A stretch of DNA of 63,719 nucleotides, filler included, from Reticulomyxa filosa (taxonomy: Eukaryota > Protista > Foraminifera): NCBI GenBank assembly GCA_000512085.1. It is 26 parts of 26 records of this genome, joined end to end, with 100 filler letters (N's around TTAATTAATTAA, not from the genome) between each part and the next. Parts side by side here need not be neighbours in the genome. Positions count along the whole stretch, not along the records: positions 23,407 to 26,356 come from ASPP01044864.1; positions 26,457 to 28,537 come from ASPP01040861.1; positions 28,638 to 30,200 come from ASPP01019048.1; positions 30,301 to 31,655 come from ASPP01039887.1; positions 31,756 to 33,092 come from ASPP01018103.1; positions 33,193 to 40,004 come from ASPP01003760.1; 20 more parts are not named here. One strand, given 5' to 3'. Below the pieces are notes generated by a model, which made no database searches, was not told the origin of the DNA, and was given only the letters and a program-made list of their open reading frames with translations. Each line of letters begins with the position of its first letter. Within the stretch, counting starts at the first letter, position 1. Position numbers and translations under genes: made by a program. This document shows positions 24,067 to 37,075 of this stretch, piece after piece.

Positions 24067-26466
24067 AATGTAGCATACACTAGCAACATTGATTGGTGTT
24101 TTCTTGTAAGAAATTATTATTTGCTTGCTTCAATCGATACAAAGTAAGTGTTTTTTAATGAATACTATTTTTATTTGTACGAAATGTCACAATATTGTTT
24201 TTTGTTTGAAGCGATATTTAAAAATAATTATCAAATTTCATTATAAGAGATATAATGTGATATATATGCATATATTTGCCTTAATTTTATATTTGACGCA
24301 GTTTCGTTTAAGCAAGCGTACATACATATGTATTTTTTATAACACAAAAATTCGTAAATAAAATGATGTGTGTAATTAAAATTTAATAAAATATATTTTG
24401 CTGCGTTTGCTAGCGTATAATATAAAAATTTGTTTTTATATGTATTTTTTTGAACTTGTGGTTAAAAATTAGATTTTTTGTTTTGTTTTAAAAACATTAT
24501 AGTGAATGTGATATCATTTGTATAATTACAATATTTAAAATGAATTATTGAATTGTTTTAATATAATATCAAAAGATCATTGAACAATAAAAAGTGATTT
24601 GACTAAAAATGTGTTAGTCATGTGTTTGGATTCATTGAATCGGAAGATAATGTTGGCTTGTGATAGAATAAATAAGTAATGTACTGATCATTTTGTGTAA
24701 TTCTTTTTTAATAAAAAAATATTGTTGCAAAAAATTACTGGCAATATAGTCAAATTTTACAAAGTTTTTTATGTTATGAAACAATAATTAAAATTTTCAA
24801 ATACATTTTTTTTGTAACAAGAAATTGAAAAGTGTTTGTTAAGTTTGAACTTTTTGTCTTTTAAAAATGTCGTTCGTGTTCAAGATGCATATTGTATTAT
24901 TTTCGTTGGTAACATATTCAATTTGTTCAGATAAGTTAAATGTACTGTTTTTCTTTTTTGTTTTTTTTTATTTTTGAAAATTTGTATTGTTTCGAAAATA
25001 ACAACGTATGTTCAAGTATCAAAGACTAGTTTTATGCTATTTTATTGCAGTAGATGTTAAGTTGGATAGTTGGTTGTTTTGGATTTGGATTGAGAATGTG
25101 TTATTGTGTATATGGATTGTGGATATATTACTATAGATATAGATTGATGTTCCTGTTTGGAGATAGAGTCAATTGAAGTGTATGTTCGCAACGTAAATAT
25201 GTTAATGGGCATCACATCTATACATTGGTCGCATCTTGCAGTAGGCATGCCGATGACAAAGCATATAGCATAAAGGTTTGCATATTTGAGTTTGTTGATG
25301 ACAGACTCTGCGCTCATTAGTAATGATAGTAAAATAATATAATCTCTTCATACGCAATCTTGAGGCAATATATGAGTACATAAATGCATTTGCGATAACT
25401 TTGACTCATTCGTTGTGTTCGATTGACTGTGCTTGCTATCGAGGTATTCACAAATCAGTTGAAATTAACTTTTGTAATTTATTCAATCATTATCTGTATA
25501 TTGCTAAATCTCACACGTTGTATCTTTTCAATAGGTCGCTGTGTGTTACTATATTTGTTCATATGTCTAGTGCATTTGATCGATTTATTATTATCTTTTG
25601 TTTTTTGTGACTCACTTGCACTTTTGCATCAATTGCTTTTTTTTGCTTTGTCCATTTTTCTTCTTATGTCGTCTTTTTTAAGGTTCTATCACTTTTTGCA
25701 ATTTTTTGTTATTTTTGTCAAGGTTTTTTTTTAAGTATTTTACGCTGCTATGATTGATACAGTCGATTGGTAGTTCTGTCTTATCATTGTCGCTGCCGCA
25801 CTTTGACAGTTCTTCATTTTAATTGCACGCATGTAGAGATTGTTCGATACATGTTCAGCATCGTCTGAGCCAGAGATGCTGTCTGTCCTTGCAAATGGTT
25901 CCTTTTAGCGCAACAAATCTATTACCAGCCAGGTGGCTTGTACTAATAGATAGCCAATGCGCTTTGTGATACAATGTCATTCCCATCGTCCTTTCAAAAG
26001 TCTACGAGAGTTTGTTATTAGAGGACGCACAACATCATACTAGAACAATACGGTCGTTTATCATCCTCTAAGGTTATATTGACTTTTTTTCTTGATCATT
26101 ATGGACCATCAATTTCGATCGATTAATAGAAGATAATATTGTAGACTATAATTGTGGAAATGGTATATGATCGAATATTTGATTTATTTTTTATTTAGAA
26201 TAATGTCACGTATTATTCACTTTCAAAAAAATTAATATCCTCGATTTAATTGTGAAGATAGATATACAACATCAACCTGAATATTGCCAATGCCAAGAGA
26301 GACCACAGCAGATAAACGTATTTGTTTGGGCCGCGATGACAGCACCTTTTTTTTTTNNNNNNNNNNNNNNNNNNNNNNNNNNNNNNNNNNNNNNNNNNNN
26401 TTAATTAATTAANNNNNNNNNNNNNNNNNNNNNNNNNNNNNNNNNNNNNNNNNNNNGTTATTTATA

Positions 26467-27234
26467 TAGTAGTTTGCAAAAAAAACCGTAAACCCAAAAA
26501 AAAGGGGTATTTGACTTGAAAAGAGCTAAAGTAAAAATAATTTTGTAGATATATAGAACAAATCACAGACATCTTTTCTATATGATGTACTCTTATCTCT
26601 TGAAAAGTTCTGCATCTTTCTTTTTCCTCAGATGTTTAAAAAAATTGAATGTTCAAAAAAAATTATCAGTTTACAGGGAATAGCTGTGCAAATGGTTTTG
26701 GATGGAAAGTCTATGCGAAAAGTGGAAAAACAAGATCAGAATCCAATTGAGAACTTTTGGTGGATTAACAAGTGCAGTACTTATAAAAAGGGCATTTTCC
26801 AGCAAAGAGTAGCTCTTTGAGGAGTTTAGCAAGCAATTGTACTGATTGAAGATGATTTGTGTGATATGCTTATTGCTTCAATCATAAGGCATTCATGGTG
26901 TGATAAAGGCCAAGGGCGATGCCACCAAGTGGTAAATTACACATAAAAGATTCTTTTAAACGCAAGTATAAACGTTTGTTAAATGGATTATCTTTTCTTT
27001 ACCGTCTGATATAGATTTAATAAAAAAGTTTTTGTTACAAAAAAAAAAGTCATATTGTAAAAGCCAGCTAAAAAAATTGAATGTATAACCTTTCAAATAA
27101 ATACAAGAGATAAGATAGTTACAACATAGAGGAAAGATAGTGTCATTTGTTCACAAAATTATTTTTACTTTAGCTCTTTTCAATAAAGATATACAAGTCA
27201 AATAAAAAAGCATCCTTTTTTTTGCAAACTACTG
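26467..27234 (+). mobile_element. Non-autonomous, internally deleted Tc1-like (Tc1/mariner superfamily) DNA transposon
   Basis: Inverted termini (C/T)AGTAGTTTGCAAAAAAA...TATTTGACTTG...GAAAAGAGCTAAAGTAAAAATAATTTTGT at about 26467-26546 and 27154-27234, flanked by TA on both sides. Internal transposase remnants are DQNPIENFW (cf. SPDLNPIENLW) and VIKAKGDATKW* (cf. VIxAKGGxTKY*). Confidence 0.85.
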
Positions 27235-28257
27235 TATAACACCACACATTTTTGAAGAAAAAAAAAGGGAAAAATCAACGTCAAATCACTTTTAAAATAA
27301 TAAAAGTTTTTGTATAAAATCTTAATTATGATTAAAGCTATGACAACAAATTAATCACTAGCCCTAATTTTTAAAGTTTAAATTAATTGGAAATTTTTAA
27401 GACAAAAGATATTTTAATTTTTGTGTGTTAATCATTACTTTTTTTTGCGCTGTAATATATTACATTCCAATCGAACGTTTTCTGTTGTCTTATTTCAAAC
27501 ACTTTTGGAACGTTCGTCTTCTGTCAATTAAATTGTTATATATTCTCACGTCCATCACAATGTAACTTCATTGCATTATTTGCAATTTGCAAAGATTAAT
27601 GTGTTTGGTGTTTGCTGTTTGTTGGTGAACGAAGTTCAGCATTTGTTGTAGCAGATAGAACTTGAAAAGGTTTACATTTTTTTCTTTTCCTTCCACGCTC
27701 AAATCTAACGTGATTTTTACAAAGTTTTTTCTTTCTCACAGTTTTATTTAAGAAGAGGAATTGTATTAGCCTTAAAAAAGTGGACTGATACTTTTTTTAG
27801 AAAATGAACCATAAAATCGAAAAACAATGAATAAAAGATGCATTTTTGGAAATGTAGAACACAACAGTCTGTGATTCCTTGGTTTACTTGTTTTTCTTCT
27901 TTCTTAAAGAATTCGTTAATTTCTTTTTCCTTTCGAAACTAACCAACTTTCGTTAGTCATTAGTTTATTTATAAAAAAAATGAAAGCAAATTTCGACTTT
28001 GTTTTTTTGCGAGATCATCAAAATACGGACAATTGAAAACTGTTTTGTTAATCTCACCAATAAACTTTTTCTTTCTGGACTTAAGTAAAATGATTTTTAT
28101 GCTGGCAATCAATACTATAACCTTATAATAAAAATCTAATTTTGTTTTCCTAGTCAAATCATACACTTTTTCTTTACTTTAAAAGGATAACTTTTTTTAT
28201 GTACTTCCCCCTTTTAAAAAACTCTAAACTACTTCATTATTCTTCAACATTAATAAC

Positions 28258-28537
28258 ATGAGCAACCAAGACTTTCAACTTTTGAAAGAGTTGCCCACTC
28301 CATTTCATCAAGTTCAATGTGTGCTACACAAACACGAACTCATTATTTGTGGAGGTAAATATGAAAGAGCTTGTTATTTTTATCATACAATCGAAAACGA
28401 ATACAAGTTTATCTGTGATTATCCAAGTGATGTTCAATTATATGAACACTGTGTAGTGAAATTGAAAAATAATAACAATGACAATTACCAAATCACTTTG
28501 TTATCTTTTGGTGGAAGTGGATATTTAAAAAGACATA
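28258..28537 (+). CDS. Kelch-like beta-propeller family protein, 5' fragment
   Basis: MSNQDFQLLKELPTPFHQVQCVLHKHELIICGGKYERACYFYHTIENEYKFICDYPSDVQLYEHCVVKL...ITLLSFGG is open to the contig end and paralogous to 1014. Confidence 0.75.
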
Positions 28538-28659
28538 NNNNNNNNNNNNNNNNNNNNNNNNNNNNNNNNNNNNNNNNNNNNTTAATTAATTAANNNNNNN
28601 NNNNNNNNNNNNNNNNNNNNNNNNNNNNNNNNNNNNNTTTTTTTTTTAAAAAAATTAAT

Positions 28660-30200
28660 TTTAAATAATTCTTAAAGTTATCATGATGAACTTCATAAGT
28701 TCTTTGTTCTTGTTTCCGGTTCCAATGTCTTGTGTCAAATAACCAAATTTCTCAGGTTCGATATGTTGAATTGAAATTGCGGCAACAAATTCTTGATTGC
28801 TGCTAGACAAGTTCTTGATAGTGTAGACGTTCAATTAAGAAGTGTTCCACAATTTCTTTATCTTCACACCATTTACAACCTGATGAAGCAGCTCTTTTGA
28901 TTTTGAACAGGAACCAATTTAATCACACTTTACCTGTAATCAATCTTCAAACATATCTGCTCATGAACCTCCAGTCGGTGCAAAACAATCTTTTTGAATG
29001 ATTTAGCTTCAATCAGATTGTGTAAATATCGTTTGGGACATTTATGTGGTTCCATTTCATTTCATTCATCTGTCAAATGTCAATTACATTCTTATGTGAA
29101 AAATAGATTCAATGGAAATTCAGGAATGGAGCCGATTAAACAATTCAGGTTAATAGAATTCTGATTGAAATTTTGCTATCTTTGCCACTGCCTCTGCTCT
29201 TTCATTACCAGGAATGCAGCCCCATTCCAGAATGCACAAGCGTACTCCAAAGCGGACTGATAATTGTTATATATAATAAATTATATACAGACAGGAACGT
29301 CAAATAACCAAGTTTCTTTGATACTTTGCCATAGATATATTTCAACAAATAATCACAAATATTTCACATGATCTTGAACGTAATCGACTGAGTTTTATCT
29401 GAAGCCAATAACATTTCGATGACCACAATGACCATCCTTTTCATCACTGGTGTATATAAATTCTCTTCCACTTACAGGTGTAAAAACCAAAGAAGAATTT
29501 ATCCTGCAAAAGTAATCTTTGCGCACCTTCTTGTTTTCCTTCCAAATATTTTCATCGTTAAATTCTTTTCCTTTATTTTTTTTATTTGGTCTTGAACGTT
29601 TGAGATTGTCACGGTTTTGTGGTTTGATTTCAACTGATCTTTGGATGTTATACAAATAATCATTCAATTCAACTTGCCAGTGACCAACTGATAGATGGTC
29701 TTCCATCAGATTAGACAGTAAATATATCAACACCTTCACAAATCCAATGTCTGCATGTAAAGAATGGATTATTCATGACTATTCAGAAATGAAGCTGATC
29801 TATGCCGTTGAATCAAATCTGCTGGGCTTTCTTCATTTCCAGGTATCACAAAATACAATATATCTCTGGAGTATTATCTTCATTAAATGATCCAGAATCC
29901 TATTTGTTGAATATCACCCTTCCACAATGTGATCTGTAGTGATTACTCACATCATTGCTTCGATATCTGATGCAATTGCTGGACCTTGGATAAGAAATAT
30001 CGGGGCATCACATGTCTTGGATTATCCACTTCATATATCCAATATCTATTCCATTGCTCTGTGAAATAAGAATTCAATATTTTCTGACAATCAGTCAGGA
30101 TAATCACTCTTCCACAATGGGATCTGTAATGATTACCAACATATTCCAATGCAAGTCTCATTGCCTCGATCTCTGAACCAATGTTTGTTGTGATGCCTGT
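28660..30200 (-). mobile_element. Degenerate, rearranged non-LTR retrotransposon (RNase H-containing LINE) fragments
   Basis: RNase H motifs SEIEAMRLALE...VIILTDCQ (about 30190-30080) and IPGNE (about 29840, and IPGNERAEAVAK at about 29180-29215). Post-RT LYxTII...LEYACAFW (about 29225-29280). C-terminal RLITGK.LN.FLFKI...CKWCEDKEIVEHFLI zinc-knuckle (about 28830-28945). Many stops. Confidence 0.8.
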
Positions 30201-31755
30201 NNNNNNNNNNNNNNNNNNNNNNNNNNNNNNNNNNNNNNNNNNNNTTAATTAATTAANNNNNNNNNNNNNNNNNNNNNNNNNNNNNNNNNNNNNNNNNNNN
30301 AAAAAAAAAACAAAACTTTGGACTTTATGTTGGATACGTTTGAAAAATATAGAAAAAGTTATCAAATGCCGGAGTTGTTCAATCACAACAATCTGACCAC
30401 CCAGTTAAAAAAATGTCTTTACAAAAAAAAAATAATGAGCAACATAATGTGTTTTCCTTATATTAATTTAGAGGGTGTTAAAAAAAAAAAAGAACCCAAC
30501 AGCAACAGAAGTACCGATACATGTGAAAGTGATGATGCATGCAAACGAAGAGTACAGCCAGTCGAATCGTTTGATTAATCACAACAGCAATGACAATGAC
30601 AATAATGGCTATTACAATAACAACAATTATAATAATAAAAGCAAGAACAATTTTTACTCGAGTGGTCTAGAATTACAACACACTCTCTCTCTCGAATCCG
30701 GCATTCGCAATTGGACTACTTTCAAATATACAACCCAAGGCATGCGAACATCAAACATGAGATGACCGATTCAAGTGTGAACATACTTGAACGGGAGAGG
30801 AGATTTCATGTGGAGTCGAATTATAAAAGAAGGAAAATATCCAAAGCTACTACTAGAAGCTCGAGCAAATACGTATACTCTGGCAACGTGGATTGACAGC
30901 AATAGCTGCATCAGACGCTCGTTGCTTGTGACATTGAATATAGTGTGATTATTGCGATGGCTTTTCCTTGTAATCTTAATCAGAGATGGACAAGTACATA
31001 TTTATCATTGAGAATTGCCTTACTGGTAATAATATATTGGCATTGCTTATCTTCTTTCTATTCTTGGCTAGTTATGTACGATATATTTTGCTGCGCAAAT
31101 TATGCAATACCAATTTCTCTCTACTGACGAACCAACTACATATTTTTGTATATTTTAGACTTTGTAATATTTGTTTCCATTTGTAAATTATCTTTTTTTG
31201 GAAATGATTACATAGACCTTTTTTTACACGCAACATTAAAAAAATACTTTAACACACCAGATCGTACTCTTGGGTGTAATACGAATAGTTCTCTTCTTCT
31301 GTCTGATTCAATAAAAAACAAAAATTGAATAAATAAGAGAATAAAAGTGATCAAAAAATTGATCTGGAGAAAAGAGTTGACAAATTCACGCTGTTAGTAC
31401 CTTGATCACTTTGCAAAAGTGTTAAATCCTATATCTATTTGCAAATTCTCACCTCTTTTGTGAGTCTGTAGACTATCAACATACAAAAAAAATTTGGATT
31501 GACATTGATTTCTCACAGAGAAAATAAATTATCCTTATGATGAATATTGCAAAAAAAAAAAAATAGATGCTGTCGAATTGAATAAGAAGATATTTAAAAA
31601 ACTTGACAGTAGAACTTAGAAAAAAATGACCTTTTTTTTCTTACAAAGTCTGCTTNNNNNNNNNNNNNNNNNNNNNNNNNNNNNNNNNNNNNNNNNNNNT
31701 TAATTAATTAANNNNNNNNNNNNNNNNNNNNNNNNNNNNNNNNNNNNNNNNNNNN

Positions 31756-33050
31756 AAAAGGAAGAGACAAGAAAAATTGATGGTCGAATGACACACTGCA
31801 CTTTAGCATGGCGTGGTAACCCGAAGAAGCAATCCACATTGCCATTGTCTCCCACTAGCAAAGAGCCATTGGACGATCGCCGACTGTTTGTTCATCAACT
31901 GGCCTGGAAAACTACTGATGAAACACTGAGGTGTTTTTTTTTGCTTGTTGTTATTGTGATGGTGGTGTATGTTTGCATAATCACACCCCATCCCCTCCCC
32001 CCCCCCCTCCCCCCTTAGGACCTTTTCTTTTTTTTAATAAAAAAAAAAAGCGGAGGATGGGTCCTTTTTTGATGACAATTAAAAAAAAAACAACACATAC
32101 CAACACCGAAAACTCAAACAGAAAAAGGTTTTCTCAATACGGAGACATCGTAGAAGCAGTTGTCATTAAAGATAAGAAAACTAGCAAATCCAGAGGATAT
32201 GGATTTGTCACTTTCAAACATAAAGAAGGCGCTACAGTTTTGAATTTTTCATTTTTTTGATTTGTTATCCCGAAAAAAAAAAAAATAATATATATATATA
32301 TATGTATATACATATTACATATATAGAAAGCATTAGTCCAAGCGAACAAAATGATTGATGGTCGAACCACTCGATGCAATTACGCTTGCGAAAAAGATGT
32401 ATTGGAGAATCATGACATCAGTGAAGGCGGAGACAATCCCACTCCTTCTGCTGGTACTGGACGAAATGACAATGACAGTTACACTTTCACACACGTGTGA
32501 ATAAGAGATAGAAGATGGGACATATTTGTTTGCATATTGTTTGTATACTTACGTACCCTTTTTTTTTATTACTAAAAAAAATTATTTATGGAACATGCAA
32601 GGCAATCCTTTTATACACATATGTATATGTACATGTACATGTACATGTACATACATAGCATATATTTTATTTACGTATATACACATGCAGCTCTAACTCA
32701 ATAATATAACCCTTGTGTGATTGCAATATAGACAAACGCCGCAATCAACATGATGAACTTGAAGCGACGACCCCAATGGGCAATGTCCAAAACCTTCCTC
32801 TATCCAATAGCACCGAACTTGGACGTACTATCTCTTCTCGCGTCCTTCCTGCTGCATCCATGACCAACGGTCTTATGGATGGTAGGAATATGAACACGCC
32901 AAAATTTCCTTATGCGCCATCCATTGGCGCAAGTGAAACCTCCTTATCGGGGATATTTCCCACTGCTTTCTTTCCCATCCATATCGGCAACAATCCAAAC
33001 TCTGGACCCATCGTACCCAATCCTTCTTTTGTGTCTCCATTTCCATCAGG
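31756..33050 (+). CDS. RRM RNA-binding protein (at least two RRMs, resembling plant UBP1-associated protein 2), partial
   Basis: RRLFVHQLAWKTTDETLR|KRFSQYGDIVEAVVIKDKKTSKSRGYGFVTFKHKEGA|KALVQANKMIDGRTTRCNYA contains RNP2 and RNP1. The end of a previous RRM (KIDGRMTHCTLA) is at the contig start. Confidence 0.85.
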
Positions 33051-33192
33051 TTGATTGTCTTTTTCTCCCCCTTTTTTTTTTTTTTTTTTTTTNNNNNNNN
33101 NNNNNNNNNNNNNNNNNNNNNNNNNNNNNNNNNNNNTTAATTAATTAANNNNNNNNNNNNNNNNNNNNNNNNNNNNNNNNNNNNNNNNNNNN

Positions 33193-33616
33193 AAAAATAA
33201 AAATCTTCGTATTCAAACGCTTCTTTGAATACAGGCTCCTTCCATAAAATTTTGATGTGAAGTGCAACCTCATCGGTTATAGGGGATCTCGAATTCAATA
33301 ATTCAACACATTTAGCTGCTGCTTGCCCTTCTGTGGACAGTTGCGACTTGTCATCGATCATTGCTGTCACGGTTATTACTGTCTCCAGTATAAATTGACG
33401 CACGTGTTCCCCAAATGCTAAACGCTCTTTTTCATCCATGTTTTCTCCAAATGATTGGCGAAGTTGCTTGAACAATGTCGATTTGCCACAACCTCCTGGC
33501 CCCAAAAACAGTATTTTTTTCGTTTCTCGAAACGATTTTATGTCTTCAGTTTTTTTCATGTCTTCAGCTTCTTTCATGTCTTCAAAACCAGCTTGCCGAT
33601 TTACACAACAGCCCAT
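33193..33616 (-). CDS. Heterotrimeric G-protein alpha subunit, 5' part
   Basis: MGCC lipidation start, KILFLGPGGCGKSTLFKQLR P-loop, and helical-domain IKILWKEPVFKEAF (cf. IKxLWxDxGI). Confidence 0.85.
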
Positions 33617-34914
33617 TTTGTTTCTTTGTAGAATATATGCAAGGGGCTCGGTTGATCGAAATTCATTCGCACAAACTAACAGCTGTTTTCTTTTTTTTAG
33701 TTTACTTTGCAGTACTCCGAAATCCTATCTTTTTTGTTCTTAGGTTCATTTGTTTTGAAAATAGGACCTACTTATTGCTCTTTAAAACAAATTTTAGCAT
33801 GCTTGTGTCTTGACTTTACTTCAAAAAAAATATGAAAATAACACATTTGTCTACATTTGAGAGTTGTTTTATAAAAGATAATAGAAATTATCCTAATTTG
33901 AAAAAATGACTGTATCTTTTTTCAAAGGCAATTACAAAAAGAGCAAAAACACACTTACACAAAAGAATTAAAACTATTTAAAAACAATATCAAAAATCAG
34001 TAGTATCAATTATTACAACGATCTGCTCTGTTGCACTTTAAATGCATTTCAAGTTGATACCATTTGGGGTTAGCCAAAATATTAAACGATAGAAATGAAT
34101 GTTAATGTGAGATAGATTGTTTTTCTTCTTGCTTATTTCCTTTTTGCTACTTTGCTGTTAATGAAACATATGATTACGCAATTCATATACGAATATTTCA
34201 GTTTTCCTTGTTCACTTTTTTGAAAAATACAAAAATACTACAAATACAAAAAGTTAACTAGTTATCTCTTGCAAACAGTTACATTTGTATCATCGTAAAA
34301 TTTGTGGTCTTTACAAAACTTAAAAACAATATCAACGTGTCATGTTTTCAACTTACTATCTATATCATGACATTGATCGTTTCTTGTTTTATGTCACATC
34401 AAATGTTTCATTTGGAGAGCAGCAGTTGACAGCACATAAACAAAATAAAAAAAATGGAACTAGACTTCCCCTTGCGCTATATTTTTAAGCTGATTGCATT
34501 TCATTTTAAGTTATCCGATAATTTGTTTTTTGAACATCAATACAAATTAAAAATAATTTTTTGTTACTGCGTTAATACTAATATGTTGTTGATCGAATTG
34601 GACTTACATATTTATTTTGTTGGTTCCTCTGTATAAGTCTTGACAACGACTGGTATATGACGATGTTATTGTTTTTGGATTATTAATTGCCAGTGAGTAT
34701 TGTTAAATTGTTTCTTAAAAAAACAACAATCTTTGTTCAATTCAATCATGACAGCTGTCAGTATTCAAAAAACAATGATAGACAATGTTTAATTTACAGT
34801 TTTCTCAAATTAATTTGTTGATCAAAAATTTTGATGAATGAAAAATGATTTACTTCAATTTTACTGAAAACGCATTTTAGAAGGTAAACAATGTAACAAA
34901 AATCATGTATATAT

Positions 34915-36338
34915 TTATCCACAAACACGGATGAGACCTTCACTTGAGCCATAACATAACTGAACCCCACAATCATTTTTTAATGTTTGTTCATTGCTAT
35001 CTCCTTTCTTTTTCAATTGCATAAATTTAAGACATTTTATTCCATTATCTTCTAGATCATCTCCATTTATTGCATGCAATTCATTCTTATTCGATCGAAT
35101 ATCCCAAAAACGAATTGTATTATCACTTGATCCAGAACATATCACATTTGAATTACCACAATTGTTTATTATAAATGGTGAATATTCAACACATGTCACA
35201 GTCATTTTATGCCCATTGAATACTTGAATTTGTTGACCAGATCGAATATCCCACAAACGAACACTTTCATCAGCAGATCCAGATAATATTGTGTTTATGC
35301 TGCCTAATACATTTGATCCATATTTTACACTATTTACTGAATATTTGTGTCCTTTAAAAATAATCAATTGTTTGGTTGTTTCAACATCCCATATACGAAT
35401 AGTGTAATCATATGATCCAGAACAAATAGTATATCCATTACCACCAATTATACCGATACTATTACTTTTATCACCATTACCGCTTTGTAATGGTGAAACA
35501 TCAACACACCAAACACCTTCTTTATGTCCATTGAAAGCACGTAATGATTTTGATGTTTCAACATCCCATAAACGAACAGTTTTGTCCCATGATCCAGAGA
35601 ACAAATATCTACCACCATTAAATGGTGAAAATTCAATACCGCAAATACCATCAGCGTGTTTATTGAATAGTTGTAATTGTTGACTACTTTTGATATCCCA
35701 AAAACGAATGGTGCTGTCAAATGACGAAGAACAAATGACGTTTTGACGACGATTATGATAATGATATGGTGAAAATCTTACACAATAGACGCAATCTGAG
35801 TGTCCGTCAAATGATTTAATTGGCTCATTGTTATCAAAATCCCATACACAAACTTTTTTGTCATCTGATCCAGAACAAAGTAATTGACGATTGTCGAATG
35901 TTGAATAGTCAATACTATGCACATTATCAAGATGCCCAATAAATGTCTTAAGTAATTTGGATGATAGACTAAATGTCTCAAACATGAAAAAAGTAGTTAC
36001 CTATGTTAAATAATGATGATCACATTAAATAAATATTTGAAATTGAGGAAGGCAAAAAACATAACATAATTGACGACAAGTTTGTCAAAATCATTGATCC
36101 ATCCTATTTTAATTTTTAATCTTCGAATCCAATATCGAACAATTAGTTGAATCTTTTCTTCTTCTGGCTAATTAATCACAAATCATGTACAAAAATACAA
36201 TAAAAATCTGGTGCCAACCAACTTTGAAAGATTGAAAGTAAAGCTTACCAATCCAGGTTGTATTGAGGTTTGTTCTTTTTTACTACTATAAGAAGTAGTC
36301 CTTCTTCCAGCTTTTTGATGTTTTCTTTTTTTTGGCAT
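34915..36338 (-). CDS. WD40-repeat protein (expanded lineage-specific family), 3 exons
   Basis: Exons 36338-36249, 36167-36066 and 36000-34915. About 7 GH...ICSGSxDxTIRxWD repeats; reading frame intact. Confidence 0.92.
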
Positions 36339-37075
36339 CGTCTAAAATTTTTTTTATTAAGTTAAAAAGTTAAAAGGTTGTGTTTCTTAAACCAGTTGTA
36401 AGTGAATCGTAGTAATTTTCTTCAAAATTTACAAAAATCAAATGAAAAAAGTAATTCTTTGTTCAATCCAGAATGACTTTATTAAAGTGCTAATTTCATA
36501 TTAAAAAAATTAAATTCTAGGATGAAGAGTTGTTTTTTATGGAGAACATTTAATCAACATTTTTTTTCATTTTAAAAAATATCTAACTGTGTGATTATTC
36601 TTCAGCTTCTCTGTATTTCTTGGATTGTATTCGATGATATAAGATGAAAAAATGTTTTAATTTTTTTGTCAAGACCAAGGCAAGAAATAATTGAACAATA
36701 TTTGTGTTTTCAGTGAAAATATAAAGAATAAAAAAAGCAACTTATCCAAAATCGAATATAGCATATATTGCAAATTAGTTTCATACCCAAAAAAATTTTG
36801 ATTAAGTCAGTTTCGTGTCAAGTATATTAATTTTTTTATTCTATCGTTCCTACTTTTCAAACATTTTAATCCTAAATTAATAATTTTTTAGAAGAATGAA
36901 CGTTTAAAATTACAAGATTTGCTTAAAACTGCGTTTGAACAATTACAAAACTAATGTTTAATGAGAGAATAAAAATGCTAAAAATATAGGTTAATTAGTA
37001 GGAAAATTAACTTATTTGGTTCATTCAAAAAGAATCAAATCGCTCAAGCAAATTTTCACTGTTGGAAAACTGATG

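Noticed and set aside
25057-26100. Moderately GC-richer region with short ORFs
   Set aside because: It may be a decayed gene, but I found no recognisable motif or consistent reading frame.
30318-31186. Chain of short overlapping plus-strand ORFs
   Set aside because: No family motif and no consistent splice model, so I cannot support a call.
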